Source: Bacteroidota bacterium (GTDB lineage Bacteria > Bacteroidota > Rhodothermia > Rhodothermales > DATKEJ01). From it: DNA of 35,657 nt. The translations under genes and the position numbers were made by a program. The stretch lies in the NCBI GenBank assembly GCA_038749615.1, contig JBCDHV010000001.1, forward strand, positions 1 to 35,657, in the 5' to 3' direction. The notes under the pieces were generated by a model. The model was given only the letters and a program-made list of their open reading frames with translations. It had not been told where the DNA came from and made no database searches. Positions 22,845 to 32,803 of this stretch are shown here, in pieces (within the stretch, counting starts at the first letter, position 1; every line of letters starts with the position of its first letter).

Positions 22845-23384
22845 ATGCGCGTTTGCATCGACCCAGGCCACGGTGGCCACGACTCTGGCGCTCGAAATGG
22901 CCTGCTGCTCGAAAAAGACATCGTCCTGGAGATAGGCCTGCTGACCGCCGGCCTGCTCAGAGACCGCGGCGTCGATGTCGTGCTCACGCGCACGCGTGAT
23001 GTCTTCCTCGGACTGCGCGAGCGAGCCGAGATCGCCAACGCGGCCCAAGCCGATGCCTTCGTGAGCCTGCACTGCAACGGGGCGGCTTCGCCAAACGCCT
23101 CGGGTGTTGAGACGTGGCATTACCTCGGATCGGGTGCTGGACGCGAACTCGCACGGTCGGCCTACTTCGCGCTCCGCGACGCCGCGGCGGGTCACAAGCC
23201 GCGCGGCGTGAAGGCCGCCAACTTTGCCGTGCTCCGGCTCACCACGATGCCGGCGGCGCTTCTGGAGTACGAGTTCATCACCAACCCCAAGCGCGGGGCG
23301 TGGCTCGCCCGGCCTGAAACGCACCTGTTGCTCGCCCAGGCGACAGCAACGGGCGTGCTCACCTTCATGGAGGCCTCCGCATGA
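22845..23384 (+). CDS. N-acetylmuramoyl-L-alanine amidase (Amidase_3-type endolysin)
   Basis: Motifs are CIDPGHGGHDSGA, LEKDIVLEIG, VSLHCNG, GVETWH, ANFAVLR and LLEYEFITNP. Confidence 0.9.
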   Translation: MRVCIDPGHGGHDSGARNGLLLEKDIVLEIGLLTAGLLRDRGVDVVLTRTRDVFLGLRERAEIANAAQADAFVSLHCNGAASPNASGVETWHYLGSGAGRELARSAYFALRDAAAGHKPRGVKAANFAVLRLTTMPAALLEYEFITNPKRGAWLARPETHLLLAQATATGVLTFMEASA

Positions 23385-23848
23385 GCTTCTGGAAAACCCT
23401 CGTCTCGCCGGTCACGCGCATCATTGAGCAGGTGATCGACAAGGTCGCTGGCGACAAGATGGACGAGGCCGAGCGCGCGCAGCTCAAGTTCGAAGCGGCC
23501 AAGGCGGCAGCCGAAGCCCTGCAAGCCGAGGAGGAGAGCTTCCGCGCCTTCGTGCTTGACTACGAGGGGTCGGCGAGCGACATGCCGCGCGCCATCCAGG
23601 TCCTCCGGGGATCGGTGCGGCCGGTGCTCACCTACGCGCTCGCGGTTGCCTTCATCGTCGTGCAGCTCGCCTCGTTCTTCGACGCCCAGGCCGAGTGGAC
23701 GCCTGAGCAGATGGGACGTCTGGACCGACTGGCCGAGATGCTCTACAAGGTCAACCTGGTCAGCCTCGGCTTCTGGTACGGCGAGCGACTGCTCACGCGC
23801 ACCGGCCTCTTTCAACTCTTCCGCAACGCCCAACCCTCCGACTCATGA
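23381..23848 (+). CDS. Holin-like protein (helical N-terminus plus C-terminal TM helices; GTA-type 3TM holin-like)
   Basis: It has an ATGA overlap with the amidase gene. TM segments are VRPVLTYALAVAFIVVQLASFF and LYKVNLVSLGFWY. Position within the lysis cassette supports the call. Confidence 0.6.
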   Translation: MSFWKTLVSPVTRIIEQVIDKVAGDKMDEAERAQLKFEAAKAAAEALQAEEESFRAFVLDYEGSASDMPRAIQVLRGSVRPVLTYALAVAFIVVQLASFFDAQAEWTPEQMGRLDRLAEMLYKVNLVSLGFWYGERLLTRTGLFQLFRNAQPSDS

Positions 23849-25383
23849 AGCGCGTGCTCTCCCTTCTCGTTCTCCTCGCTGCGACCTGCGTGCAGGCCCA
23901 GCACGTGGTGCAGTACTGGAACTCGGTCGAAGTCGTCAACTCGGCCGGCATCATGCCAGACGATGGCAACCGCGTGGGGGTGGTCTACGCGCGGGCCTAC
24001 CTCAGAAGCGAACGGCCGGAGCTCGAACGCACGACGGCGCGCTTCATCATGGGCGGTGGCTGCGTAACGACCCAGCCGTGCACGAGCAAGCCGGCTTCCA
24101 AGTGGGACTGGTCGAATTACGACGAAGCCTACGCGTTTGCTCGCCAGATTGACGCCATCCCGCTTTTCCGGCTCAACTTGATGGTGACGCCGCTTCACCC
24201 GCGGACGGCGCCGGACGACTTTGACTTCACGAGCTGGAAGATCGACCGCGGAATCGGGGACGAGGAAGGCCCCAACGCGGTCGATCCGTTCTCGCCTAAG
24301 AACCGAACGCTCATCCGGCAGCTCTGGGCCGAGGGAGTGAAGCGCTACCCAGCCGCTCGGTGGGACGTGGCTTACCCCGGTGGATCGGGCGAGCCGACAG
24401 GCGCGATCGAGTGGTGGGAGCATTACGAGCGTGACGAGTGGCTTGGCGCGCAGATGTGGGCCACGAAGACGATCATCGATCTCGCTGGCGCCGACCGGGT
24501 CGTGGTCAACCTCGGGGCCTACACCGCCACACTCGTCTACGCCTACAACCGAGGGGTGCGCGCCTTCCGGGACGACAGCTTCGGAGGCGACGAGCGCCAC
24601 GCCAAGATCGCCAAGCAGCGCGCGAGCTCTAGCGTCGGACCGCTCATCCGCAACGGCCTCGCCTTCTGGGAGACGTTCTACGACATGGAGCGCTGGCCTG
24701 GGCCGGGGATGACGGGTGACATTGCCCGAGTACTCAGAGACGGTGCCGACTGGCCGGCCGCTGCGTTTCTGGGCAACATGGGCAGCGCCATACCGGCTCG
24801 GCACCGCCAGGTGGTTCGCGACCACTTCTTCGCCCGCGCCAAACCGTTGCCGGCCTCGTGGCAAAACGTGTGGGAGAGTGCCGGCTCGATCGACGACCCC
24901 ATCGATGATCCAGACCCACCTGAGCCGGTCGATGTCATCATGACGCTCTCGGACGCGAGCTACGCGGCCGGCGTTCGACTAGCCGGCTTTACGACCCAAG
25001 CGCTGGAGGCGGACGAACTCGAATCGGGCCGCGCCTTCGATCCGGAGGAGTTTCCCTTCTTCGCTAGCGATCGCACCACGACCCGTCTGCCGGCCGGCGT
25101 GCACCGCGTCTGGTACCGTCTGCCGGCAGGGTTTCGCGTCGTGAGCGCCGACGAGGTGTTCGTGGCAGACGAGACGATCTACGCCGGCTATGCTCGTCCG
25201 GAGACCTCCACGACGCTCACGGTGAGTCTGGAGCCGGCCGGCGAGTCTAGTGCCGAGACAATCCGCCGGCTCACCGAGCAGGTGCAGGAGCAACAGGCTG
25301 CGATCAATGCGTTGCAGGAGCGGATTCTGAGGGCCGCTACTGCGGCCCAGGAAGCGTCACGCATTCTGTCGGGGGGAGAGTGA
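23845..25383 (+). CDS. Secreted 512-aa protein of unknown function with C-terminal coiled coil, coupled to the lysis genes
   Basis: The signal peptide is MKRVLSLLVLLAATCVQAQ. It has an ATGA overlap with the holin gene. I recognised no catalytic motif. Confidence 0.7.
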   Translation: MKRVLSLLVLLAATCVQAQHVVQYWNSVEVVNSAGIMPDDGNRVGVVYARAYLRSERPELERTTARFIMGGGCVTTQPCTSKPASKWDWSNYDEAYAFARQIDAIPLFRLNLMVTPLHPRTAPDDFDFTSWKIDRGIGDEEGPNAVDPFSPKNRTLIRQLWAEGVKRYPAARWDVAYPGGSGEPTGAIEWWEHYERDEWLGAQMWATKTIIDLAGADRVVVNLGAYTATLVYAYNRGVRAFRDDSFGGDERHAKIAKQRASSSVGPLIRNGLAFWETFYDMERWPGPGMTGDIARVLRDGADWPAAAFLGNMGSAIPARHRQVVRDHFFARAKPLPASWQNVWESAGSIDDPIDDPDPPEPVDVIMTLSDASYAAGVRLAGFTTQALEADELESGRAFDPEEFPFFASDRTTTRLPAGVHRVWYRLPAGFRVVSADEVFVADETIYAGYARPETSTTLTVSLEPAGESSAETIRRLTEQVQEQQAAINALQERILRAATAAQEASRILSGGE

Positions 25384-25994
25384 GCGGACTGCCCGGGCTT
25401 CCCCATTTGCCTGAGTACGCTGGGCCGGCACTCCCGTCGCCGGAGTGGACGGCGTGGGCACGAGCAACGTTTGTGATGCCTGAGTCCCGCTGGGCCAACG
25501 CCAACCACGCGCACCTCGAAGGCGCAATCGTCGGGTTCGTGCTGAGCGACATCGAGCCGGTTCGCAGTGGCAAGGTCACACTCGGGCAGGCCGAACTCGT
25601 CACGCCGGCCAAGTCGTTTGCCGCTGGACGAAAAGAAGCGTGGTGCGAGGATGCGTTCGGCGCACTACCTGACTTTCTGATTACGCTCAACTTTTGCTAT
25701 GTCCAAGCCTGCGCTGATGAGGGCAATACCGCCGCGATCTGCGCGCTCGTCGAACACGAACTCAGGCACTGCGCGCAGGCGACCGATCAGAACGGGGATC
25801 CGAAGTACGACCAACACGGCAATCCGATGTGGACCATCGCGCCGCACGACATTGAGGAGTTCTTCGATGTGATTGAGCGCTACGGGCCGGCCAACGAGAC
25901 GCTGAGACGACTCACGGAGGCGGTTGCTATCTCGCCGACGCTAGCGCCGCGAAGAGCGGCCGGCACCTGTGGAACATGCGGAGGGGCGCTGTAG
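25380..25994 (+). CDS. Putative phage metallopeptidase-like protein (HExxH)
   Basis: The motif LVEHELRHC is followed by HDIEEFFDVIERYG. The C-terminus carries CGTCGG. Confidence 0.6.
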   Translation: MSGLPGLPHLPEYAGPALPSPEWTAWARATFVMPESRWANANHAHLEGAIVGFVLSDIEPVRSGKVTLGQAELVTPAKSFAAGRKEAWCEDAFGALPDFLITLNFCYVQACADEGNTAAICALVEHELRHCAQATDQNGDPKYDQHGNPMWTIAPHDIEEFFDVIERYGPANETLRRLTEAVAISPTLAPRRAAGTCGTCGGAL

Positions 25995-25996
25995 CA

Positions 25997-26416
25997 ATGG
26001 CAAGAAAGCGGAAGAGGCAGCTCGACGTGCACGACCAGGCCCAGGCCGTGCTCATCGCCGGCGTCGAGGGCGACGAGGCGGCGCTGGAGCGGTTCGGCGT
26101 GTCGCGCCGTAGCCTCCAGCGTTACAAGCGGTTGGCGCAGGAAGAAGGCAGCGAACTGGCGCGAGTTGTCGCAGCCTACGCGCGCGAGCTGGCCGGCGAG
26201 CCTGGCAAGGCCCACGACTTCGCCGGCTTCCTGAAGGGCCAGATCGAGGCCATGAGCCAGCTTTTCTTCGAAAAAATCTCTGGGGCCCGCCTCAACAGCC
26301 CGGCCCACTACGAGGCGATCACGAACCACGTCCGAGCCCTCTCCGAGCGCGACGTGGCCGGCGAGTACATGGGGCGGCTGTTTCAGGTGGAGCAGTCAGA
26401 CAAGGAGGCCGAATGA
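25997..26416 (+). CDS. Probable terminase small subunit (HTH protein)
   Basis: It lies immediately upstream of, and is coupled to, the large terminase gene. The HTH-like segment is LERFGVSRRSLQRYKRLAQEEG. Confidence 0.55.
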   Translation: MARKRKRQLDVHDQAQAVLIAGVEGDEAALERFGVSRRSLQRYKRLAQEEGSELARVVAAYARELAGEPGKAHDFAGFLKGQIEAMSQLFFEKISGARLNSPAHYEAITNHVRALSERDVAGEYMGRLFQVEQSDKEAE

Positions 26417-28053
26417 TCGCCGGCATCAGGCAGGTCCAGCAGTTGGAGCGCCGCTTCGCCCGCATAGGTGCGCCGGCAAGGACCGCCGGTCTTGGCGGTA
26501 GCGTACGCCGTGCCAAGTCGGTCGATCGGCAGATCAAGCTGATTGATTTCGTGCGGCAAGTCAACCCGACCCTGCTCCGGTATGAGCATGTGCCGCTGAT
26601 GCTGGGCGTGCTTCAGAAGACAGCCGACACGCACGCCGAAGACGGCGGCTTCAGTTTCAGTCAGAGGTGGAGCTACGAACCCGACCAGCCGAATTACCGG
26701 CGGGTCATGTTTCTGATGCCCACAAGGTATTTTAAATCCGAGTGCGCGAGCCGGCTGTTCTCGGCCTATCTCTCGTTTCGCTTCCCAGAGAAATGGGCAG
26801 GGGTGACGAGCTACAACGCCAACCTTGCCTACGAACTCAACGGCAAGGCGAGAGAGTACTACCAACTTGCTGCCGGCCGCATTGCGGGCGCGTCCAAGTC
26901 GGTCAAGCGCTGGGAGACGGGTCTAGGTGGTGGCGTGTGGGCCGATGGCACAGGCGGCGCGCTCTTGGGCCGTGGGTTTCATCACGGCACCATCGATGAT
27001 CCGACCAAACCAAAGGACGCGAGCAGCTTGGTATACCAGCGCATGTTCGAGACGTGGTATCCGTCGACCTTCCTAAGCCGGCGCGAGCCAGGGGCCTCCA
27101 TCGCGTTCGTGATGCAGCGTCTCGGACCAAAAGACGCGGTGGACTACTTGTTTCGCCGGGAAGTTGGTGACGGGACCGAGGAAGCGCCAGAGCACTGGCA
27201 TGTCGTCTGTTTCGACGAGATCAAGTCGAGCGAACCGCTCTGGAGAGGCACCGGACCGATGGGACTGCCGGCCACCTGCACGCTTGAGCCAGACACCCGG
27301 TTGGTCGGCGAAGCACTGTCACCGTCTAGGTTCTCTGCCAAAGAAGTCGAAGCCCTCCAAAAATCGTCGGGTACACTGGTCGCCAAAGCGCAGCGCCAAC
27401 AGCGACCCACCGCACTCACCGGTGATTTCTGGCGGCGAGGGTGGTTCCGGGTGGTCGACGAGCTACCGGAGATCATCTACGACCGGGGCAAGGGTTGGGA
27501 CACCGCGCACACCCGAAACGACCGCAATGCCGCGTCGGCGTTTGTCGAGACCTGCCGCGGGCCTGGCCCAGACGGCGAGTTCAAGATCTATGTCACGGAC
27601 GCCGATTGGGCCTGGGTCGAGCAGCCCGAACTCGTGCACTGGATGGGCGGGCCGGCCTACGCGGATTCAGAGCTTGTTCCGGTCAAGGGGCCGCACTACA
27701 TCGAGGACAAAGCCTCCGGCAAAGGCGCGTTGAACTGGCTCAGTGCTGCCGGCGTCTACGCGGAACCCGTCTCGGTGGACGGCGACAAGTTCAAGCGGGC
27801 CTCGGGCGTGCAGCACATTGTGAGCTCGGGCCGCGTCTGCGTGCTGCGCTCGGTGGTTGAAAAGCTCCTCTCCGGCCTGCATGCCGATCCGCGCCGCTCG
27901 GGCCGGCAGGGCTTGCTCTCGGTCACCGCCGAGAGTCTCGCCACCGGAAACGGAGACCTGGATCTCAACGACGCCTTCGTCCAAGAGCTGGCTCGCCACA
28001 CGGCCCCGCCGTCCCACCGCGACCACATCATCGAAGAGGATCTGTACGTATGA
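26413..28053 (+). CDS. Terminase large subunit
   Basis: 546 aa, located upstream of the portal gene. ATPase-like segments are FLMPTRYFKSE and GFHHGTIDDPTKP. A C-terminal nuclease-like part reads GWDTAHT...YVTDADWAW. Confidence 0.75.
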   Translation: MIAGIRQVQQLERRFARIGAPARTAGLGGSVRRAKSVDRQIKLIDFVRQVNPTLLRYEHVPLMLGVLQKTADTHAEDGGFSFSQRWSYEPDQPNYRRVMFLMPTRYFKSECASRLFSAYLSFRFPEKWAGVTSYNANLAYELNGKAREYYQLAAGRIAGASKSVKRWETGLGGGVWADGTGGALLGRGFHHGTIDDPTKPKDASSLVYQRMFETWYPSTFLSRREPGASIAFVMQRLGPKDAVDYLFRREVGDGTEEAPEHWHVVCFDEIKSSEPLWRGTGPMGLPATCTLEPDTRLVGEALSPSRFSAKEVEALQKSSGTLVAKAQRQQRPTALTGDFWRRGWFRVVDELPEIIYDRGKGWDTAHTRNDRNAASAFVETCRGPGPDGEFKIYVTDADWAWVEQPELVHWMGGPAYADSELVPVKGPHYIEDKASGKGALNWLSAAGVYAEPVSVDGDKFKRASGVQHIVSSGRVCVLRSVVEKLLSGLHADPRRSGRQGLLSVTAESLATGNGDLDLNDAFVQELARHTAPPSHRDHIIEEDLYV

Positions 28054-28253
28054 CCAACGTCTTGCTCGCTGCCATTCTGCTTGTCCTGCTTGCTGGCTTC
28101 GGCCTCGTCCTCTGGCGAGTCCGCGTGACGGAGAACCGGCACCGCCGGCACGAAACCGCACTGCGCGGACTGCTGGCGGGACTGACCGCCGAGGACGACG
28201 ACGAAGCCTCGGTTCGCCTTCGCGACGCTCATGAATCCCTGAAACGGCCATGA
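28050..28253 (+). CDS. Small single-TM protein, 67 aa
   Basis: The TM segment is VLLAAILLVLLAGFGLVLW. ATGA overlaps link it to the terminase and portal genes. Confidence 0.55.
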   Translation: MTNVLLAAILLVLLAGFGLVLWRVRVTENRHRRHETALRGLLAGLTAEDDDEASVRLRDAHESLKRP

Positions 28254-29581
28254 ACAAATCCTTACGTCGCCTCCGCATGCCTGCGAGCAGCCGAGCGGCC
28301 AAAACGTCAACGGCGCAAACGTTTTCCAATCTGAGTGAGATCTACGCGTACCTCTCAGGCCGAGACCGCAAGGAAGGAATCCCTGATACGTATGCCGGCT
28401 ACGTTGAGATGGCCTACGACACCAACAGTGTGGTGGGCTCTGCCGTGGCGCGGATGGTCGGCAGCGCCACCGGCATTTCGGCTCGGCTCTACGAATCAAG
28501 CGGGGAGGCTTCCAAGCGCCTGAAGCTTGCTCGGCACGCCGGCTCGGTCGAAGCTGGGCTCAGCCTCAAGGCCATGGTGGCGGCCGGTACCGTGAGCGAG
28601 ATTGAGGACCACCCCATCCTCGACGCGCTGCGGTGCCCCAACGACGGGCACCAGACCACGTGGGAAGAGTGGCAGATGGCCTGGACGGCACAAGAGATCT
28701 GTGGAGGCCAGCAGTTCTTCTACGCCGAGCGTGGCCAGCGCGTTTTTGCCGAGCCACGTCTGTTTCTCTACCTGCTGCCACGGCCCGACCGCGTCCGCAT
28801 TGACGAGACCGCCGGCCGGCGAACCGGCTACCACTACAGCGGCAAGCGCCGGAACCGGACCTTTGAGGTAGGCTCGCCGCTCGAGCCCTACGGCCTTCAT
28901 CACGCCAAACTCTACGACCCGGCCCATCCGGAAACGGGTCGGAGTCCGCTTCGCAGTTTGCGCTACGAGATTGCCGGCTACAATCTCGCCATGCGCTGGA
29001 ACAATGCCTTTCTGCGCAACGGTGCCAAGCCGAGTGGATTTCGGAAGCCGGTCTCGAACTCGGCCATGGGCGCGAGCCGTACGCGAGACGAGTTGCAGCG
29101 CCGCTACGGAGGTCCCGAGAATGCCGGCCGAGTCGTAGTCGAACCCTACGAGTGGGAGGAGACCGGCAAAGTCCACCGGGACATGGATTGGAAGGACTTG
29201 GCCGAGTTCTTCATCACCCGCATCGCAGCCGGTCTGGGGGTCGATCCGATTCTGCTCGGCATGAAGAGCGCGAGCAGCTACAACAACCAACTTCAAGCCG
29301 AGCGCTCGCTCATCGCAGACAACACGCTGCCGCGCTTCGACCGGATGTACGGTGCCCTCAACACGCGGATTCTCAGGCCCGTCTACGGGGACCGGCTCTC
29401 GCTCGCCTACGATGTCACGCAGATTGCAGCGCTGCGGCCGGACCTCTCGAAGCTTGCCTCGGCTCTTCGAGACGCCTACTGGTTGACCGACAACGAGAAA
29501 CGCGCGCTCACGAACCTGCCGGCCATCCAGGGTGGCGAGGTGCACCGAGTGCCCACCAAGCTTTCAACAGAGGAGGCATGA
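28250..29581 (+). CDS. Portal protein (HK97-family type)
   Basis: 443 aa, located between terminase and protease. The segment GYNLAMRWNNAFLRNGAKPSG is portal-like. Confidence 0.8.
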   Translation: MNKSLRRLRMPASSRAAKTSTAQTFSNLSEIYAYLSGRDRKEGIPDTYAGYVEMAYDTNSVVGSAVARMVGSATGISARLYESSGEASKRLKLARHAGSVEAGLSLKAMVAAGTVSEIEDHPILDALRCPNDGHQTTWEEWQMAWTAQEICGGQQFFYAERGQRVFAEPRLFLYLLPRPDRVRIDETAGRRTGYHYSGKRRNRTFEVGSPLEPYGLHHAKLYDPAHPETGRSPLRSLRYEIAGYNLAMRWNNAFLRNGAKPSGFRKPVSNSAMGASRTRDELQRRYGGPENAGRVVVEPYEWEETGKVHRDMDWKDLAEFFITRIAAGLGVDPILLGMKSASSYNNQLQAERSLIADNTLPRFDRMYGALNTRILRPVYGDRLSLAYDVTQIAALRPDLSKLASALRDAYWLTDNEKRALTNLPAIQGGEVHRVPTKLSTEEA

Positions 29582-29796
29582 ACGAGACCCTCACCATCAC
29601 GCTCACGCATCCAACAGAGGCCCAGGTACGCAGGGCCCGCCGGCTCGAAGAAGACAACCGGATCTCGCAACGCGTGCGCGAGCTCTACGACAACGCGCGC
29701 GCTTCAGGGCACTCCCAGCAGTGGGCCTATTACCTCGTGGGCCGGCACGTCAACCTGTCGCCGACGCGGGTGCGTGACATTTTATCTGGACGCTAG
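29578..29796 (+). CDS. Hypothetical protein, 72 aa
   Basis: I use an internal ATG of ORF 29152..29796, preceded by GAGGAGG, with an ATGA overlap to the portal gene. Confidence 0.5.
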   Translation: MNETLTITLTHPTEAQVRRARRLEEDNRISQRVRELYDNARASGHSQQWAYYLVGRHVNLSPTRVRDILSGR

Positions 29797-29888
29797 TTCG
29801 TTGGCGGCCAAGGACTTGCATTTCGTGCGAGCGTACGAACCGAGAAGTCACGATTTCGCCGAGCCGGCCGAGCCGCTACGTTGGCGGC

Positions 29889-30893
29889 ATGCCCACTCGC
29901 CATCCATCCGAACCCCTGGCCTTCTACGGAGGTGCCGTCAAAGCCGTCAAGTCTGACGACGGACATACAGGCACGCTCTCTGGTTACCTAGTCAAGTACG
30001 GCGCGCCAGACGAGCGCGACTTTGACGGCCAGTACTTCTCGGCCGAGACCTACTACGGAGCCCACAAGGGCAACGGCGTCGACACGGTGTTCCATCACGG
30101 ACTGCCGGTCAAGGGCTACGACTTTGCAGCCCAGATCGGGTTTATGGCACCCGTCAAGACGACGGTCGACGAGGTAGGGCTTTTCTCCGAGGTCGTGCTC
30201 GACCTTCGCAAGCAGTACGAAGCCGCCCTCTTCAAACTGGCAGAAGACGGTTCGCTTGGCTGGAGCTCTGGCAGTGCCGGCCACTTGGTCAAGATTGGCA
30301 GCGATGGGCACATCAAGACGTGGCCCATCATCGAGGCGAGCCTGACGCCAACGCCGTCCAACCCGCGAAGCACCGTCGTTCCGGTCAAGTCGCTTCTGGC
30401 CGCGGAGGAGCCGGCACTTAAGGCTGCTCTTTCGATCGAGGCGCTGACCGGACGCGTCTACCACGCCGTTTACGCCTACGCCGTCGAGGAAAAGCTCGAA
30501 GCATGGGTCCAGGCCACCTACCCGTTCGACGCGCCGCCTCGTGCGGTCGTCGAGCTGTGGCATGCCGGCGGTCTGGACCTGCTCAACGTGCCGCTCTCGT
30601 TCGACGGGGATCCCCTCGATTCCGAAACCACGATCACCGTCGCGCCGCGCGAGCAGTGGACGCCTGCCGAGGCCGTTACTGAATACAAGAGCGCAAGCCG
30701 TCCTGGCGCGAGTCACTCTGGCCTGCACCAGCACGCCATGAAGGCCGCACGCCGCTCCGCGCGCTCTTCTACTTCTGATCCGGTACACACCTCAGGTGGG
30801 GCCACCTCCACCTCGGATGGGGTGGAGCCCGGACCGCAGCACTTTGATGACCTGAAGTCGACGCTGGCCGGCGCGCTGGCGTCATTCACCTAG
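29889..30893 (+). CDS. Prohead serine protease (HK97/S78-like) with C-terminal extension
   Basis: Segments are LSGYLVKYGAPDERDFDGQYF, VFHHG, LGWSSGS and IIEASLTPTPSNP. It lies between the portal and capsid genes. Confidence 0.7.
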   Translation: MPTRHPSEPLAFYGGAVKAVKSDDGHTGTLSGYLVKYGAPDERDFDGQYFSAETYYGAHKGNGVDTVFHHGLPVKGYDFAAQIGFMAPVKTTVDEVGLFSEVVLDLRKQYEAALFKLAEDGSLGWSSGSAGHLVKIGSDGHIKTWPIIEASLTPTPSNPRSTVVPVKSLLAAEEPALKAALSIEALTGRVYHAVYAYAVEEKLEAWVQATYPFDAPPRAVVELWHAGGLDLLNVPLSFDGDPLDSETTITVAPREQWTPAEAVTEYKSASRPGASHSGLHQHAMKAARRSARSSTSDPVHTSGGATSTSDGVEPGPQHFDDLKSTLAGALASFT

Positions 30894-30968
30894 AGCTGAG
30901 TGAGCCTCGCCGCGCCGACCGGACGGTGAAACGCAGCACTCAGCAGACAACCCCATACGCGAGCCGAC

Positions 30969-32141
30969 ATGGACGCCACCCAGCACGCCGAACTCAAGGC
31001 CGTAGCCGATCAGATTGCCAAGGCGCAGAAAGACTTCGCAGCTACCTACGCCGACGACAAAAAGACGTCCGGCGAAAAGCACGAGGAACTCACCAAGCGT
31101 GTCGCTGACATCGACGCAGCCATGAAGCTGGCTCAGTCGAAACTCGACGCCATGAAGTCGGCGCCGGCTGACTCCCAGCCGCTCACCGACGAGGACCGCG
31201 CGTACAAGTCGTATCTCGATGGTAGCATCGATGACGACGCGTTCAAGCTCATCTCCTCCGACGACGCGTCGAGTGGAGGCGTCGTCATGGGGCCGGCCGC
31301 TCGGGGATCGCTCATGGAGCGGGTTCGCGAAATGAGCCCGATGCGCGAATACGCCACCGTCATTCCGGTCTCGGGAACGGACCGCTACGAGCATCCCCGG
31401 GAGCAGTACGAAACCGACTTCGGCTTCCAGAACCGCAAGGAGCGCGAACCCGTCGTCGAAACAACGACGGGTAAGTTCGAGGTCGTCAACATCTTTGCCC
31501 ACGAGCGCTCGGCTGAGCCGGTGATCTCGAACAAGGCGCTCCGCAACGCACGCTTCGATCTGGCGGCCTACATCGAGCGCAAGTTGCGCAGCCGCTTTGC
31601 CCGCCAGGAGGGCGTCGACTACACCGTCGGTACCGGGAACGACCAAGCCAAAGGCTTCACGAAGAACACGGATATCATCCGTTTCAAGAGCGGCAACGCC
31701 ACCCGGCTCGACGATCACAAGGCGCTCTACAAGTGCATGGTCGACCTTCAAGACGAGTTTGCACTCGGTGGTCGGTGGTTCTGGAACCGGCGCACGCTCT
31801 TCAACCTGCTCTCCTTCGAGTCGAACGAGGGCGTGCCGCTCTGGAACTTCAACACGCTGCGCGAAGGCAAGCCCCCCGAATTCTTGGGCCACGCGTACGT
31901 CAATCTCGACGCGATGGCGGCGCCGGACATCAGCCAAACGGGCGCTCCCTACGAGACGGGCGACATCGCTGTGGCGTTCGGTGACATGGAAGAAGCCTAC
32001 GTCATCGTCGACGTCGAAGAGATCGAGGTCATCCGCGACGACATCACGCGCAAAGGCTTCACCAAGTTCTACGTCTCGCGCTCGACAGGCGGCGATGTCG
32101 TCGAGCCTCGCGCGCTCCGCCTGCTCGAAATCGCCGCGTAA
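30969..32141 (+). CDS. Major capsid protein (HK97 fold) with N-terminal coiled-coil delta domain
   Basis: 390 aa, with an N-terminal helical propeptide-like region. Position after the protease supports the call. Confidence 0.8.
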   Translation: MDATQHAELKAVADQIAKAQKDFAATYADDKKTSGEKHEELTKRVADIDAAMKLAQSKLDAMKSAPADSQPLTDEDRAYKSYLDGSIDDDAFKLISSDDASSGGVVMGPAARGSLMERVREMSPMREYATVIPVSGTDRYEHPREQYETDFGFQNRKEREPVVETTTGKFEVVNIFAHERSAEPVISNKALRNARFDLAAYIERKLRSRFARQEGVDYTVGTGNDQAKGFTKNTDIIRFKSGNATRLDDHKALYKCMVDLQDEFALGGRWFWNRRTLFNLLSFESNEGVPLWNFNTLREGKPPEFLGHAYVNLDAMAAPDISQTGAPYETGDIAVAFGDMEEAYVIVDVEEIEVIRDDITRKGFTKFYVSRSTGGDVVEPRALRLLEIAA

Positions 32142-32188
32142 TTGCTCTCTTGCCGCTGCTCTGCCGGCCTCAATCAAACGAACCCATC

Positions 32189-32581
32189 ATGGTCCCGCAA
32201 GACCTCACGCACCACGTCAAGGTTGAGCTCGCGCTCAAAACCGACGCGACGACGGGTGCCACCATCGATACCCTGGGCTTCAACGGCCTCGCCTTCGCCA
32301 TCGTTGTCGACACGCTCTCCGACTCAGCCGACATCGCGCTGCCCGTCGAAGAAAGCGTCGACGGTACCAATTGGACGACGGTGGCCAGCGACGACCTGCA
32401 CGGCGAATCGGTAGTGCTCAACGACGCCTACAAGGCAGCCAACGGAGCCGACTCCGGCGCTCAGCTTGGCTACATCGGCTCGAAGCGCTACGTCCGCCTG
32501 AGAAAGGCCGTGACAGCCGGCACGGCCAACGTGACGGCAACTGCGGTGCTGGGGCACCCTGAACTCGTTCCGACCTACTAG
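32189..32581 (+). CDS. Head-associated hypothetical protein, 130 aa
   Basis: I use ATG 32189 within ORF 32150..32581. It lies directly downstream of the capsid gene. Confidence 0.55.
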   Translation: MVPQDLTHHVKVELALKTDATTGATIDTLGFNGLAFAIVVDTLSDSADIALPVEESVDGTNWTTVASDDLHGESVVLNDAYKAANGADSGAQLGYIGSKRYVRLRKAVTAGTANVTATAVLGHPELVPTY

Positions 32582-32626
32582 GCTGGTTGCTCAACCGGTC
32601 GTTCGCTGCAAAACCCCACGATTGCT

Positions 32627-32800
32627 ATGCCTCAGTTTGAGTTCACGTCCGATTACGGACACCGCACTTCAGCTCACACGGTGACGGTCTACACAGCCGG
32701 TCAGACGTGCGAGGTCTCAGAAGCTGTTGCGAAACGAGCAGCCGAGATCGGAGCAGGGAAGGTAGCGACGCCTGTCAAGACTGCGGCCAAAAAGAAATAA
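32627..32800 (+). CDS. Hypothetical protein, 57 aa
   Basis: It is absent from the ORF track. My translation is MPQFEFTSDYGHRTSAHTVTVYTAGQTCEVSEAVAKRAAEIGAGKVATPVKTAAKKK. Confidence 0.4.
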   Translation: MPQFEFTSDYGHRTSAHTVTVYTAGQTCEVSEAVAKRAAEIGAGKVATPVKTAAKKK

Positions 32801-32803
32801 GCT

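Noticed and set aside
23192-24864. Minus-strand ORFs of 213 and 350 aa opposite the amidase, holin and secreted-protein genes
   Set aside because: They are antisense to a coherent, translationally coupled lysis cassette, and their sequences are Arg/Gly/Pro-rich with no recognisable domains.
27667-32177. Long minus-strand ORFs (220, 247, 349, 266 and 431 aa) opposite the terminase, portal, protease and capsid genes
   Set aside because: These are the same high-GC antisense artefact. The plus-strand genes have the expected order, sizes and motifs.
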